A model generated the notes under the pieces. The model was not told where the DNA came from. It was given only the letters and a program-made list of their open reading frames with translations, and did no database searches. The translations under genes and the position numbers were made by a program. A DNA stretch of 64,000 nucleotides from Bacteroidota bacterium (GTDB lineage Bacteria; Bacteroidota; Bacteroidia; AKYH767-A; OLB10), in contig JADKFA010000002.1 of NCBI GenBank assembly GCA_016717725.1, positions 78,226-142,225 on the forward strand. The letters run 5' to 3'. Below are positions 31,192-40,700 of this stretch, in pieces. Every line of letters begins with the position of its first letter. The stretch's first letter is position 1.

Positions 31192-31827
31192 ATGTTGGAG
31201 GCCATTGTTTCTGGATTGACACTTGGATTCGTTTTATCCTTATTAGTGGGTCCGGTTTTTTTTCTACTCATCGATACAAGCATTAAGAAAGGTTTTAAAA
31301 GAGCAATTTGGCTGGCGGTGGGTGTGTTGATGAGCGATCTATTTTATATTGCTATCACTTATTTCAGTAGTGTTGCCTCAGGAGTAGTAAATAATTACCA
31401 ATGGGAAATTGGATGGGCAGGAGGAATTTTGTTGATTGTTTTTGGTGTTGTAACTATTCTGAAAAAACCGCACATTAAATCTTCTGAGTTGGATTTAGCT
31501 GTGAACGGTGGTTCGCTATGGAAGGAAGTATTAAAAGGTTTTTTAATGAATTTCCTGAATCCTTTCGTTCTTATCTTTTGGCTGGGTGTTTCCGGATCTG
31601 TTTCTTCAGGAAAAAGTTTTACGTATATGCATACCGTTATATTTTTTATCGCAGTGTTAAGTACTGTCTTTTTAACGGATGTTTTGAAGGCTTGGACCGC
31701 CTCGAAACTAAGGTCCTTTTTGAAACCAAATCTGCTCGTATGGGTCAATCGTGTGAGTGGAACGGGTTTGTTTTTATTTGGAATGAGAATGATTTATAAA
31801 ATGGTGTTTCCCTCTGAAGAAATGTAA
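31192..31827 (+). CDS. LysE/RhtB-family amino-acid exporter
   Basis: 211 aa. Six TM segments. N-terminal GLTLGFVLSLLVGPV is typical of LysE translocators. Confidence 0.7.
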   Translation: MLEAIVSGLTLGFVLSLLVGPVFFLLIDTSIKKGFKRAIWLAVGVLMSDLFYIAITYFSSVASGVVNNYQWEIGWAGGILLIVFGVVTILKKPHIKSSELDLAVNGGSLWKEVLKGFLMNFLNPFVLIFWLGVSGSVSSGKSFTYMHTVIFFIAVLSTVFLTDVLKAWTASKLRSFLKPNLLVWVNRVSGTGLFLFGMRMIYKMVFPSEEM

Positions 31828-32134
31828 GTTTTTTTAATTTCTGCTTTTTTTTAAGAGACAACGATTGTTCATATTTTATTGAAAATCAATAGTGTATGAA
31901 TTGGAGGGTCATTTATTTCGATTTTTTGTCAACAATTACTCTCTTGTTGTGTGTAAGACTTGACTTGTTTTGATTCGTTTTGTAAGTTTACGTTTATTCT
32001 GACACGGGTTAAACATGATGTTTTTTCACCCTTGAAATGGATTAGTTTACCCTCTGAACTTATCTGCTTGCCGAATATGAACTTTGTCGAATCAAAGTAA
32101 ATATTAACTTGTAGTAGTATCAGAAAGAAAGCCT

Positions 32135-33169
32135 ATGAAAGAAGCATTATTAAAGGATATTCAACCGGAAGTAAGAAATTTTCTTGGAAAATATGTAGAC
32201 CTAAAATCTACTAAAACCAAGTTGATGATTACTACTACTGCCTTTAATATTGAGAATATGGAAGACGGCTCAACGCAGTCTATAGTTAATCTTAAAAAGA
32301 TTAATGATATTCGATTTGTAAACAAATTTCAAGAAGCTATTAATGAAAAACTTCCCATGGGTGGTGTTTATGTAGGATTTGTAGAAACCCAGGAGCAAAG
32401 AAGATATCGTTTATTGAAGAAATTTGTACCTGGATTCGCACATTTATATTTTGTTTTTGATTTCATTTTTAAAAGAGTTTTTCCAAAATTGCCATTATTT
32501 AAAAAAGTTTATTTCTTTATTACCAACGGTCGTAATCGTGTGATGTCAAAAGCAGAAGCATTAGGTCGTTTAGCTTCTTGTGGATTTAAAATTATAGAAG
32601 TAAAAGTAATTGGGAATTATACATATTTCGTTGGAAAAAAAGAACGACAACCCCATTTTGATTTATCACCTTCCTATGGTCCGCTGTTTACAATGAACAG
32701 AATTGGAAAGGATGGAAAAATTATTCAAGTATATAAGTTTCGTACCATGTATCCATATGCTGAATATTTGCAGGAGTATATTTACTCTCAAAATAAATTA
32801 GCAGCAGGAGGTAAGTTTGCTGAAGATTTCAGAATTACAAGTTGGGGTAAATTTATGCGTAAAACCTGGTTGGATGAATTGCCAATGGTGATTAATGTCT
32901 TGAAAGGAGATATTAAAATTGTGGGTGTGCGTCCGTTAAGTAAACACTATTATGGGCTTTATACTAAAGAACTACAAGAGAAACGAATTTATTCAAAGCC
33001 AGGTTTGTTGCCACCGTTTTATGTGGATATGCCGAATACTTTGGATGAAATTATCGAGTCTGAATTAAAGTACTTGAGAGCGTATGAAAAAAGACCTTTT
33101 TTAACAGATATTAAGTATTTCTTTTCAATCTGTTCAAATATTATTTTCAGAAAAGCAAGAAGTAATTAA
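32135..33169 (+). CDS. sugar transferase (polyprenyl glycosyl-phosphotransferase, Bac_transf family) with an extra N-terminal domain
   Basis: Bac_transf core in the C-terminal half: YKFRTM...DELPMVINVLKGDIKIVGVRP. Convergent with, and overlapping by 4 nt, the membrane glycosyltransferase-like gene on the opposite strand. Confidence 0.75.
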   Translation: MKEALLKDIQPEVRNFLGKYVDLKSTKTKLMITTTAFNIENMEDGSTQSIVNLKKINDIRFVNKFQEAINEKLPMGGVYVGFVETQEQRRYRLLKKFVPGFAHLYFVFDFIFKRVFPKLPLFKKVYFFITNGRNRVMSKAEALGRLASCGFKIIEVKVIGNYTYFVGKKERQPHFDLSPSYGPLFTMNRIGKDGKIIQVYKFRTMYPYAEYLQEYIYSQNKLAAGGKFAEDFRITSWGKFMRKTWLDELPMVINVLKGDIKIVGVRPLSKHYYGLYTKELQEKRIYSKPGLLPPFYVDMPNTLDEIIESELKYLRAYEKRPFLTDIKYFFSICSNIIFRKARSN

Positions 33170-34665
33170 TTTGACTTTTTAAATATTTGAAATTTTCCAA
33201 TGAGGGTATCTCGCTCGTAATTTTTTATTGGAACTTCAATAAATTCGGTTAATTCCTCTCCTTCGCGCGTAATGATGTATGGAATTTTTCCATCCTCTAA
33301 TAAAATTTGGAATTCTTTAAAGTGAAAAATTCCGATTGGTCTTGTAAAGTATAATGCTACCTCTCTACAAGGAAATAGGGCCTTGTCTGAAAGTTGTAAG
33401 TTCAATGTGTTCTCTTTGTGAAAATCAGTAAGAATCCATTCCCCATCTTTAATCTTTGATTTAAGATAGTTGGAAACATCTATGCAATTCAGGTAATTTT
33501 TCTTCGCTTTTTTCATCATGCCGAGATCTCCCCAGCCTTTGTCGTTGGCAGCCGATATGATGAAGAATGGCGAAAGCATTAATGCAAACAGTACAACCTG
33601 ACTGGTTGGGCCGATTTGATTCTTTAAAAGTAGAGCAGCACCATAGATTGATAGTGCAATAAATTCTAAATAGTAGTTAGAGCCAGACCCCGCTTTGAAT
33701 GCTGTAATGGTGGCTGTAGTAAAAAACCATGCAATTCCAATTGATAAAAATATGTATCCTGGCCTACTGCGTTCTTTGAATAAAAGAAGTGCAATAAAGA
33801 ATCCGGATGCTAAAATGTAGGAAAATTTCAGGAAGAAGTTTTTAAGAATAACTTCTGTAAACCAATTAGGATTGAACCCGTTTTTAACACCATCTAACAC
33901 GTTTAATTTGAAGTAGGGTAACGAATCGGGATATATAAAAATTAAGGAAATAAGTAACGTAGCCATTGCCCCTCCCATGAAGACCGTCCATTGGTACATG
34001 GATCGTTGTAAAAAAATATAATAGATACAGCAAAACCCAAATAAAAAGACAGCTGTTTGTTTTGTTAATAGAGCCAACATGCAAAGTACACCACTGAGCA
34101 GTACAAGTCGAATATTGATGATATGTGGTGCTCTGTTGCTAAATATATTTTTTAAGAGTACAGCAAGAGTAGCTACAAAAAAGAAAAGGTATAAATTGTC
34201 GACTCTTGCATAAATGATGCTGGGTATAGAAAGAAAATATATGCAGGATAATGCAATCGCTAGATTCTTTTTTACCTGTAATGTCTTTACTAAAGTTCTT
34301 CCGATTACAAAAACAGTTGATGCGTCGAGGATTAGGCAGAAAACTCTGTTGACTACCATCATGGAATGCACATCTTTTGTGACACCAAGTAGTTTTCCAA
34401 TAAAAGTTACCACATAAAAATGTAATGGCATATATTGTATGATAGGAAAAGGTGCTGCCTCCGGGTTTGTGTAGAGTTCACTCCCAGATAATATACGCAT
34501 GATTCCATACATGACATTAATTGAAACACCACCAATCTCCGGTAAATAAGAAAATGCAAGATTAATTCGTAAAATAAATAAACATATCGTCATCATTAGA
34601 ATGATGAAGAGGAGTATGGCTCCGGGCGATATCTTTAATCGAGTAATATTCATTTTTTTTGCCAT
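33166..34665 (-). CDS. polytopic membrane protein, probable GT-C-fold glycosyltransferase (ArnT/PMT-like) with C-terminal soluble domain
   Basis: 499 aa. About 12-13 TM helices and a roughly 100-aa C-terminal globular tail. Assigned by topology and gene context rather than a strict motif. Confidence 0.45.
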   Translation of the reverse strand: MAKKMNITRLKISPGAILLFIILMMTICLFILRINLAFSYLPEIGGVSINVMYGIMRILSGSELYTNPEAAPFPIIQYMPLHFYVVTFIGKLLGVTKDVHSMMVVNRVFCLILDASTVFVIGRTLVKTLQVKKNLAIALSCIYFLSIPSIIYARVDNLYLFFFVATLAVLLKNIFSNRAPHIINIRLVLLSGVLCMLALLTKQTAVFLFGFCCIYYIFLQRSMYQWTVFMGGAMATLLISLIFIYPDSLPYFKLNVLDGVKNGFNPNWFTEVILKNFFLKFSYILASGFFIALLLFKERSRPGYIFLSIGIAWFFTTATITAFKAGSGSNYYLEFIALSIYGAALLLKNQIGPTSQVVLFALMLSPFFIISAANDKGWGDLGMMKKAKKNYLNCIDVSNYLKSKIKDGEWILTDFHKENTLNLQLSDKALFPCREVALYFTRPIGIFHFKEFQILLEDGKIPYIITREGEELTEFIEVPIKNYERDTLIGKFQIFKKSN

Positions 34666-35360
34666 ACCCCAATTAATGACTTCCCGGTAGAATAACCGAT
34701 AATCGGATCAATTATTTTTGAAACAGGAACGATGAGTCGATCCCAGAATTTTACATCCTTTAATGTGGGATACTCTTTTTTGAGAAACCATTTGTTGGTG
34801 AGCGATGCGAAAAAACCTAGACAATCTAAGTAAAATATTTTTCTCTTCTGTAAACTGGCAGGAATGACTTTTTGAAGTCTTGCTTTATTATACCTTCTAT
34901 AATGGCCGATGGCTTTGTCGAATGGACTAAACAAATATTGATGAGCCGGAACCAATATAATCAAGTGCCCCCCAGGTTTTAAAAGGGTTGAAGCCCGATC
35001 AATTTCAAGAATATCGTTTTCTATATGTTCGATTACGTCAATATAAATAATGGTATCAAATAATTTTGTTGGGGAAAGAGAATCGGTCGTGCCAACCTGA
35101 AGTTGACTATTATTCGGAAGAATCTTTTCCTTCATCTTATTCTCAATTTTGCTGGCGAGAGACGCATCTGGTTCTAGACATAACCATGATGATACGGTTT
35201 CATTATGCAAATGCAATGTTGTCTCGCCGATCCCTGCACCAACCTCAAGTACTTCACCCTTAATAAAAGGTGACAAATGTTTTTTGTAATATCCCTTCCA
35301 ATTATGAGCATGACTGAATAGCTCCAATTCATTACCAATATAATGAGATGCTTCACTCAT
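34650..35360 (-). CDS. class I SAM-dependent methyltransferase
   Basis: Motif I VLEVGAGIG. Overlaps both neighbouring genes. Confidence 0.7.
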   Translation of the reverse strand: MSEASHYIGNELELFSHAHNWKGYYKKHLSPFIKGEVLEVGAGIGETTLHLHNETVSSWLCLEPDASLASKIENKMKEKILPNNSQLQVGTTDSLSPTKLFDTIIYIDVIEHIENDILEIDRASTLLKPGGHLIILVPAHQYLFSPFDKAIGHYRRYNKARLQKVIPASLQKRKIFYLDCLGFFASLTNKWFLKKEYPTLKDVKFWDRLIVPVSKIIDPIIGYSTGKSLIGVWQKK

Positions 35361-35364
35361 AACC

Positions 35365-36276
35365 TTAAGCGATAAAGTTTTTGTATTCCAATGCCGGGAT
35401 AAAATGACGTTGCGTCCGATAGTTTAATACATTGAACAAAAGTAAAAGTGAAATGAGAAATGCTTGAAATATTAAAATTAAAAAACTTAACACCACAAAG
35501 GAAGCCCATCCGGGAATAGCTAAGGGAGTAAAGAATCTAATTCCTGTGACAACAAAAATTCCTATTAATGAGATTGTGATTAATCCAAATGTCGATATTA
35601 ATATTCTAACGGCAAGCACATCTGTATACACCGCAATAGCACTTAACCCATGAATCACTAAAGCAAAGAAGTTCATCTTTGATTTGCCATGGTAACGTGT
35701 ACCCCGGTCAATATCGATGGAAGTGTATGCAAGACGCGATCTAATAATTCCCCCGGAAAAATGATTCCAAATGTCAGATACAAAAACAAGATTGTTAACT
35801 TTTTTAAATGGAATAGCACAAAAGTTTCCGAAATTAATTTTCTTTCCAGTTAATAGTCGGTAAATCTGTTTGTATAGAACATAGAAAAAGCGGAACCAAA
35901 ATCCTTCGTATCTTTTTTTTCTGGTGCCAAATATTATTTTATCTTTTTCTAAAACTGCTTTGTTGAGTAAAGCTGAAATGTCTGATGCTTTATCTTCACC
36001 ATCACCGTCCATCACAATCACATAATCCGAAGATGCATTATCGTTGATGTAACAAAGTCCAATTGCTATAGCACGTTGATGCCCTATGTTTCGGTTAAGT
36101 GTAATAACGTTAACGTTTGGTGGAAAATCCAAACGTTCATCTGTAGAACAATCATCAATAATATAATAACGGATTGAAACATTTTTCTGGAAGCTAATTT
36201 CTTTTTCGATATCAGTAATTAATTGAGCACACGACTCCCAATCATTAAATACCGGAATTAGAAGATTAACTTTCAT
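35365..36276 (-). CDS. GT2-family polyprenol-phosphate glycosyltransferase (ArnC/GtrB/DPM1-like) with two C-terminal TM helices
   Basis: IIDDCSTD and VIVMDGDGED (DxD) in the N-terminal half. Two TM helices at the C-terminus. This is the GtrB/ArnC architecture. Confidence 0.8.
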   Translation of the reverse strand: MKVNLLIPVFNDWESCAQLITDIEKEISFQKNVSIRYYIIDDCSTDERLDFPPNVNVITLNRNIGHQRAIAIGLCYINDNASSDYVIVMDGDGEDKASDISALLNKAVLEKDKIIFGTRKKRYEGFWFRFFYVLYKQIYRLLTGKKINFGNFCAIPFKKVNNLVFVSDIWNHFSGGIIRSRLAYTSIDIDRGTRYHGKSKMNFFALVIHGLSAIAVYTDVLAVRILISTFGLITISLIGIFVVTGIRFFTPLAIPGWASFVVLSFLILIFQAFLISLLLLFNVLNYRTQRHFIPALEYKNFIA

Positions 36277-36320
36277 AAAGAGAGGTTAGTTCAAATCAAT
36301 ATTGTTAAACGTAATTTTTT

Positions 36321-36815
36321 TCATTTTTGTTCGGAGTTTTTGAGGCCAAAGGCTTTTACAAAGGCAATAATGGCTAAAAAAAGCAAAGGTGACAGAAATA
36401 AGTCCTCCAAATAATGGGAAAGCCCTGTACTTAATCTGTAATCCACTCCAAAATCTCCTAGTTTGAGTAGGAGAAAGCTAACTAACATATATCCGAGATA
36501 GAGCAGAACAATTGCTTTTAAAATAAAAAGAGATTTAGAATATAAATAAAGTATCGTTGCTCCGATAACCATAAATAGAAAACTATACAAAACAGCTGAT
36601 TGCAATTTCGAAGGGATTTTTATTCCAAATGTCCCTTTCATGGCTGTTTTTTCAAATTTAGCAACGTCTTTTTTTGGATATCTATTAATGAAAGTGGGAA
36701 CTCCTTTTTCAATAATAAGGAGTTTTTTTTCTCTTTTAAATCCAATATTGAGTAATAAGATGGCGAATAAAGCGATCAGTAACCAACGAAGTGGCGATGG
36801 AATATTATTTACCAT
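36321..36815 (-). CDS. exosortase F system-associated small membrane protein (candidate)
   Basis: 164 aa, about 4 TM. Overlaps the stop of the XrtF gene by 11 nt. XrtF is typically paired with such a protein. Confidence 0.5.
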   Translation of the reverse strand: MVNNIPSPLRWLLIALFAILLLNIGFKREKKLLIIEKGVPTFINRYPKKDVAKFEKTAMKGTFGIKIPSKLQSAVLYSFLFMVIGATILYLYSKSLFILKAIVLLYLGYMLVSFLLLKLGDFGVDYRLSTGLSHYLEDLFLSPLLFLAIIAFVKAFGLKNSEQK

Positions 36816-37377
36816 TTTCGTTACTTTTAGAAGACTGTGTCAATTCCTGAAGTTTACTATATCGATTCGTCCAAAATATCCATAAAATAAAAATTATAGA
36901 ATAAACCAACGTAGTAAAGGTATAATGATGATTAAAATCGAGGTATTCTGGAGCTTTAAATTGGATGAGCGATAATGCTACTGTTCTAAGTACATTAAAA
37001 AAATGAATGATAATACTTCCGATAATTATAAACCACCATTTATTTTTCCAGGTCCCAGGGAAACAAACTATAAAACCCGCAAAGAGTATAAATAACTCTA
37101 ATCCGTTACAGGGATTACCTACGCCAACAACGGCGTTATTTTGAATACATACAAGTGTTTGAGCATTTCCGGGTTGAGTACTACCGTCGTATCCAAGAAT
37201 ATCTAAAATATACCCTGCATCAGTGGCAACTTTGTAATTCAAATATTGATCTACCTTTTGGTTGGGAGCTATAAAATAGTCATATGAAATAAACCAAATG
37301 ATATATAATAGAACAGCTTTAATTACAAAGAGTACCATTGCTTTTTGCTTTGGATCCTTGTTGAGGAATTTTAACAT
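36805..37377 (-). CDS. xrtF: exosortase family protein XrtF
   Basis: 190 aa. Multi-TM. The cysteine motif GNPCNGLE resembles the exosortase catalytic Cys region, and NVLRTVAL resembles the conserved Asn/Arg motif. Its size matches the short XrtF class of Bacteroidota. Called by motif and size from memory, not by search. Confidence 0.65.
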   Translation of the reverse strand: MLKFLNKDPKQKAMVLFVIKAVLLYIIWFISYDYFIAPNQKVDQYLNYKVATDAGYILDILGYDGSTQPGNAQTLVCIQNNAVVGVGNPCNGLELFILFAGFIVCFPGTWKNKWWFIIIGSIIIHFFNVLRTVALSLIQFKAPEYLDFNHHYTFTTLVYSIIFILWIFWTNRYSKLQELTQSSKSNENGK

Positions 37378-37464
37378 GAGGCTAAATTAGTAAGGAAGGG
37401 CAGAATTCAAAATAAAAAAGGTCAGCAAATATTGCTGACCTTAAAATCTATCAAGTAATTGGAT

Positions 37465-37644
37465 TTAATCTTCCTTTTTCTTGTTATAAATTTTCTTGAT
37501 GCCATAACCTGCACCTGCAGCTAAAAGAAGGCTTAATCCACCATCAATTGGCACATTTGGGTTACTCTTTTGTGCCAGAAGCGGTAAAGCAAACATTACA
37601 ATTACCACAAGTAGAGGTAACGCTTTTATGAATGTTTTTTTCAT
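37465..37644 (-). CDS. 59-aa pre-peptide: signal peptide plus C-terminal PID-type sorting signal (P-I-D-G-G, TM helix, Lys-rich tail). Putative XrtF substrate
   Basis: MKKTFIKALPLLVVIVMFALPLLA | QKSNPNV | PIDGGLSLLLAAGAGYGI | KKIYNKKKED. The probable start is the second ATG, at 37644. Lies immediately upstream of xrtF on the same strand. Confidence 0.5.
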   Translation of the reverse strand: MKKTFIKALPLLVVIVMFALPLLAQKSNPNVPIDGGLSLLLAAGAGYGIKKIYNKKKED

Positions 37645-37743
37645 TTTAATTATTTTTTTTCTGGAGTTAATTAACAATTATGAGTTTTTAGAATGATTGT
37701 TTGAGGATAAGAAAGAGGGGCATTAAGCCCCTTTCTTAACTAT

Positions 37744-40700
37744 TTATTCAACAATCATTTTAATTTGTTCAACTACATTGTTAGTTTCAATCACTACGAA
37801 GTAGATGCCAGCAGACATTTGGCTAACGTTTACTTCTCTTTGATTCAAACCATTAGTAGCTGTTCCACGCTCTGTCATGATAGTACGTCCAGAAACATCA
37901 ACCATTTTAATGTTAAAGTCTGCACCTTCAGTACTATTGAAGACAATAGTTGCACGATCAGCAGCAGGTTTGGATATACATTCAAACCAGTTACCTCACC
38001 TTGATCACCAAAACGAGGACCGCAATGTGCAACGCTGATGGAGATACCATTCAATACACGGTTTGCGCTTGTTCCGCAACCATTAGACGCATTTACAGAT
38101 AAGTTCAATCCGCTAGCTGGGTTAGTTCCCCAAGTTGCAAGGATATCTTTTGTTCCTTGACCACTTGTAATAGTTGTACCACCAGGTAAAGACCATAAGT
38201 AAGTAGAAGCACCAGTTACTGTAGAAACACCGTAAGCTACACCAGATTGTCCTGGGCAGATAGTGATGTCACCAGTGATAACTCCAGGAAGACCAGGAGC
38301 ACCAGATACGTTCAAGTTGCGAGCAGAACCTACACCACAAGCATTTGTAGCACTTACAGATACATTTCCACCAGCATAAGCACCGTCAAAGTCAACAACA
38401 ATTGATTGTGTTCCTTGACCAGAAGTGATGGTTGCACCAACTGGAACAGACCAGTTATAACCAGTAGCAGAAAATACAGCAGCTGCTGTGTAAGCAACTC
38501 CTGTTGATCCACAAACACCAGTAGAAGGACCAGAAATAGATGCAGATACAGAAGGAACGTTAATAGAAACGCTACGATCACGATTTGGACTTATACCGCA
38601 AGCATTAGCAGCTCTACATGAAACTGTACCACCTACATAACCACCTGATACATCAACGGTAATTACGTTTGTTCCAGCACCAGAAAGAATGCTCATACCA
38701 GCAGGTAGAGTCCATACATAGTTTGAAGCACGAGCTACAGGAGCTACAGAGTAAACTCCATTGTCACCTGGACAAAGTTTTGTTGTACCAGAGATAGAAG
38801 AAGGTCTAACAGGGATAATTGCGCCAATATCAACTCCAAGTGAGCTAGGAGTACCATTACCACAAGCATTAGAAGGAGTAACCACTAAGTTTCCGATGAT
38901 TCCATCATGAACTGCCTGAGGAGCCCATGAAACGAAGATGGAATTAGTACCTTGACCGGAAACGATGATCATTCCGTTTGGTACGGTCCAAGAATATCCG
39001 GAAGCATCAAATACTGGGCTAATAGAGAATGTAGCAGAACCTGTTACAACAGCCATACATTGTACTGCAGGACCTGAGATTGGACCTGCAACAAGAAGGT
39101 TTTCATCAATTAGACCATTACAATCATCATCAATTAAGTTACAAATTTCTGTGGCAGCTGGGTTAACAGCAGCATTGTTATCATCACAATCTGTTGAGTT
39201 ACCAACATAACCTACTGGCGCACCATTACAAGTACTTACTGAACTAGAAGCATCACCATAAGAGTCACCATCAACATCAGCATAATAAGTAATGAAAGTT
39301 AAACCGTCATCAACTAATAAATTACAATCATCATCTACACCGTTACAAACTTCAGTTGCACCAGGATAAACAGTATTATCATTATCGTTACAGTCACCAC
39401 CACAAGATGTGTAACCGTCATTATCAACGTCAAAACCTTCGTCAGTTAATCCATCACAATCATCATCAATTGAGTTACAAATTTCAGTAGCAGCAGGATT
39501 AATTGAAGGATTAGTATCATCACAATCAGTTGCATCAGCAGAATATCCAACTGGAGCAGCAGCTTCACAACTTAAAATACTTGATCCAGCGTTACCATAA
39601 GTATCGCCATCAACATCAGCATAATATGTGTAAGTTGGAGTTACAACTTCAACTGTTTGGTTTGAGCTATAACAAATATCTAAACCACCTAAAGTGTAAG
39701 TAATAGTGTGGAAACCAGCAGCAGCAAGAGCAGGATCAAAAGAATTACCAGAAACACCAGTTCCTGAGAATGTTCCACCAGCAACAGCAGGAGTTAAAGT
39801 AACCAAACCAGCATTTTCACAAACAGTAGCACCAATTCCACCGAAAGAAGCATCAGCAGGACCAAAATCATCGATTCTTAAACCGAAACCTGAGTTAGTT
39901 GTGGTGCCGTATCCGTCAACTTGGATGTAATAAGTTTGACCAGGAGTTAAGCAATGTGCTCTTGCATAAGAATTATAAGGAGAACCTGAAGAGTCATCAT
40001 TTGCAGCAACTAATACCGCCGCTCCAGTTAAAAGATCACCACATGCTGAAGCAGACCAAACCGCTACTTGACTATCCCAGTTACCTGGAGAGAATCCTAC
40101 TCCATAACGACCAGAACCACCCATTGGAACCGTGAAAGAGAACCAAACCGTTTGATTAGCTGCAACACACCAACTACTATTTCCTGTACATCCAGTTGCA
40201 GGAGGTTGTGATTCTCCTACTTCAAGAGTAGCACCTACGTTAGAATAAGGACCATTAACGCCAATATTTACGGGCACAGCATCACAAACATTATCACCTT
40301 GAAGAGTAACAACAGTAGTCACAATATTTGAACTGTCATCAGTACAACCTGAAACAGAAGATACCAAACGTACTTCATAGGTTCCTGGACCTCCAAAGAA
40401 AATATTTTGAGGATCATTTGTACCACCTGGTACAATTAACCAAGTTGTACTTGGTTGAAGACGGCCTATCCACTGTAAAGTTCCTGTAGAAGTTCCGCTA
40501 CTGTATGAAGCAGCCTGACTAGCATAAGCAGACGCAGGTCCACTGATTGTTCCTGCAGCAGGTGGTGGAACAGCTTCAACAAATACAGAAGATGAAGGTA
40601 CCGTAGAAGCTCCACAAGTTACGTTGCAACGGTAGTAATATGAAATTGCTACGTTGTTTTCAGTCCACGCAGCTGTTGTTGCACCAACGATGTCATAATA

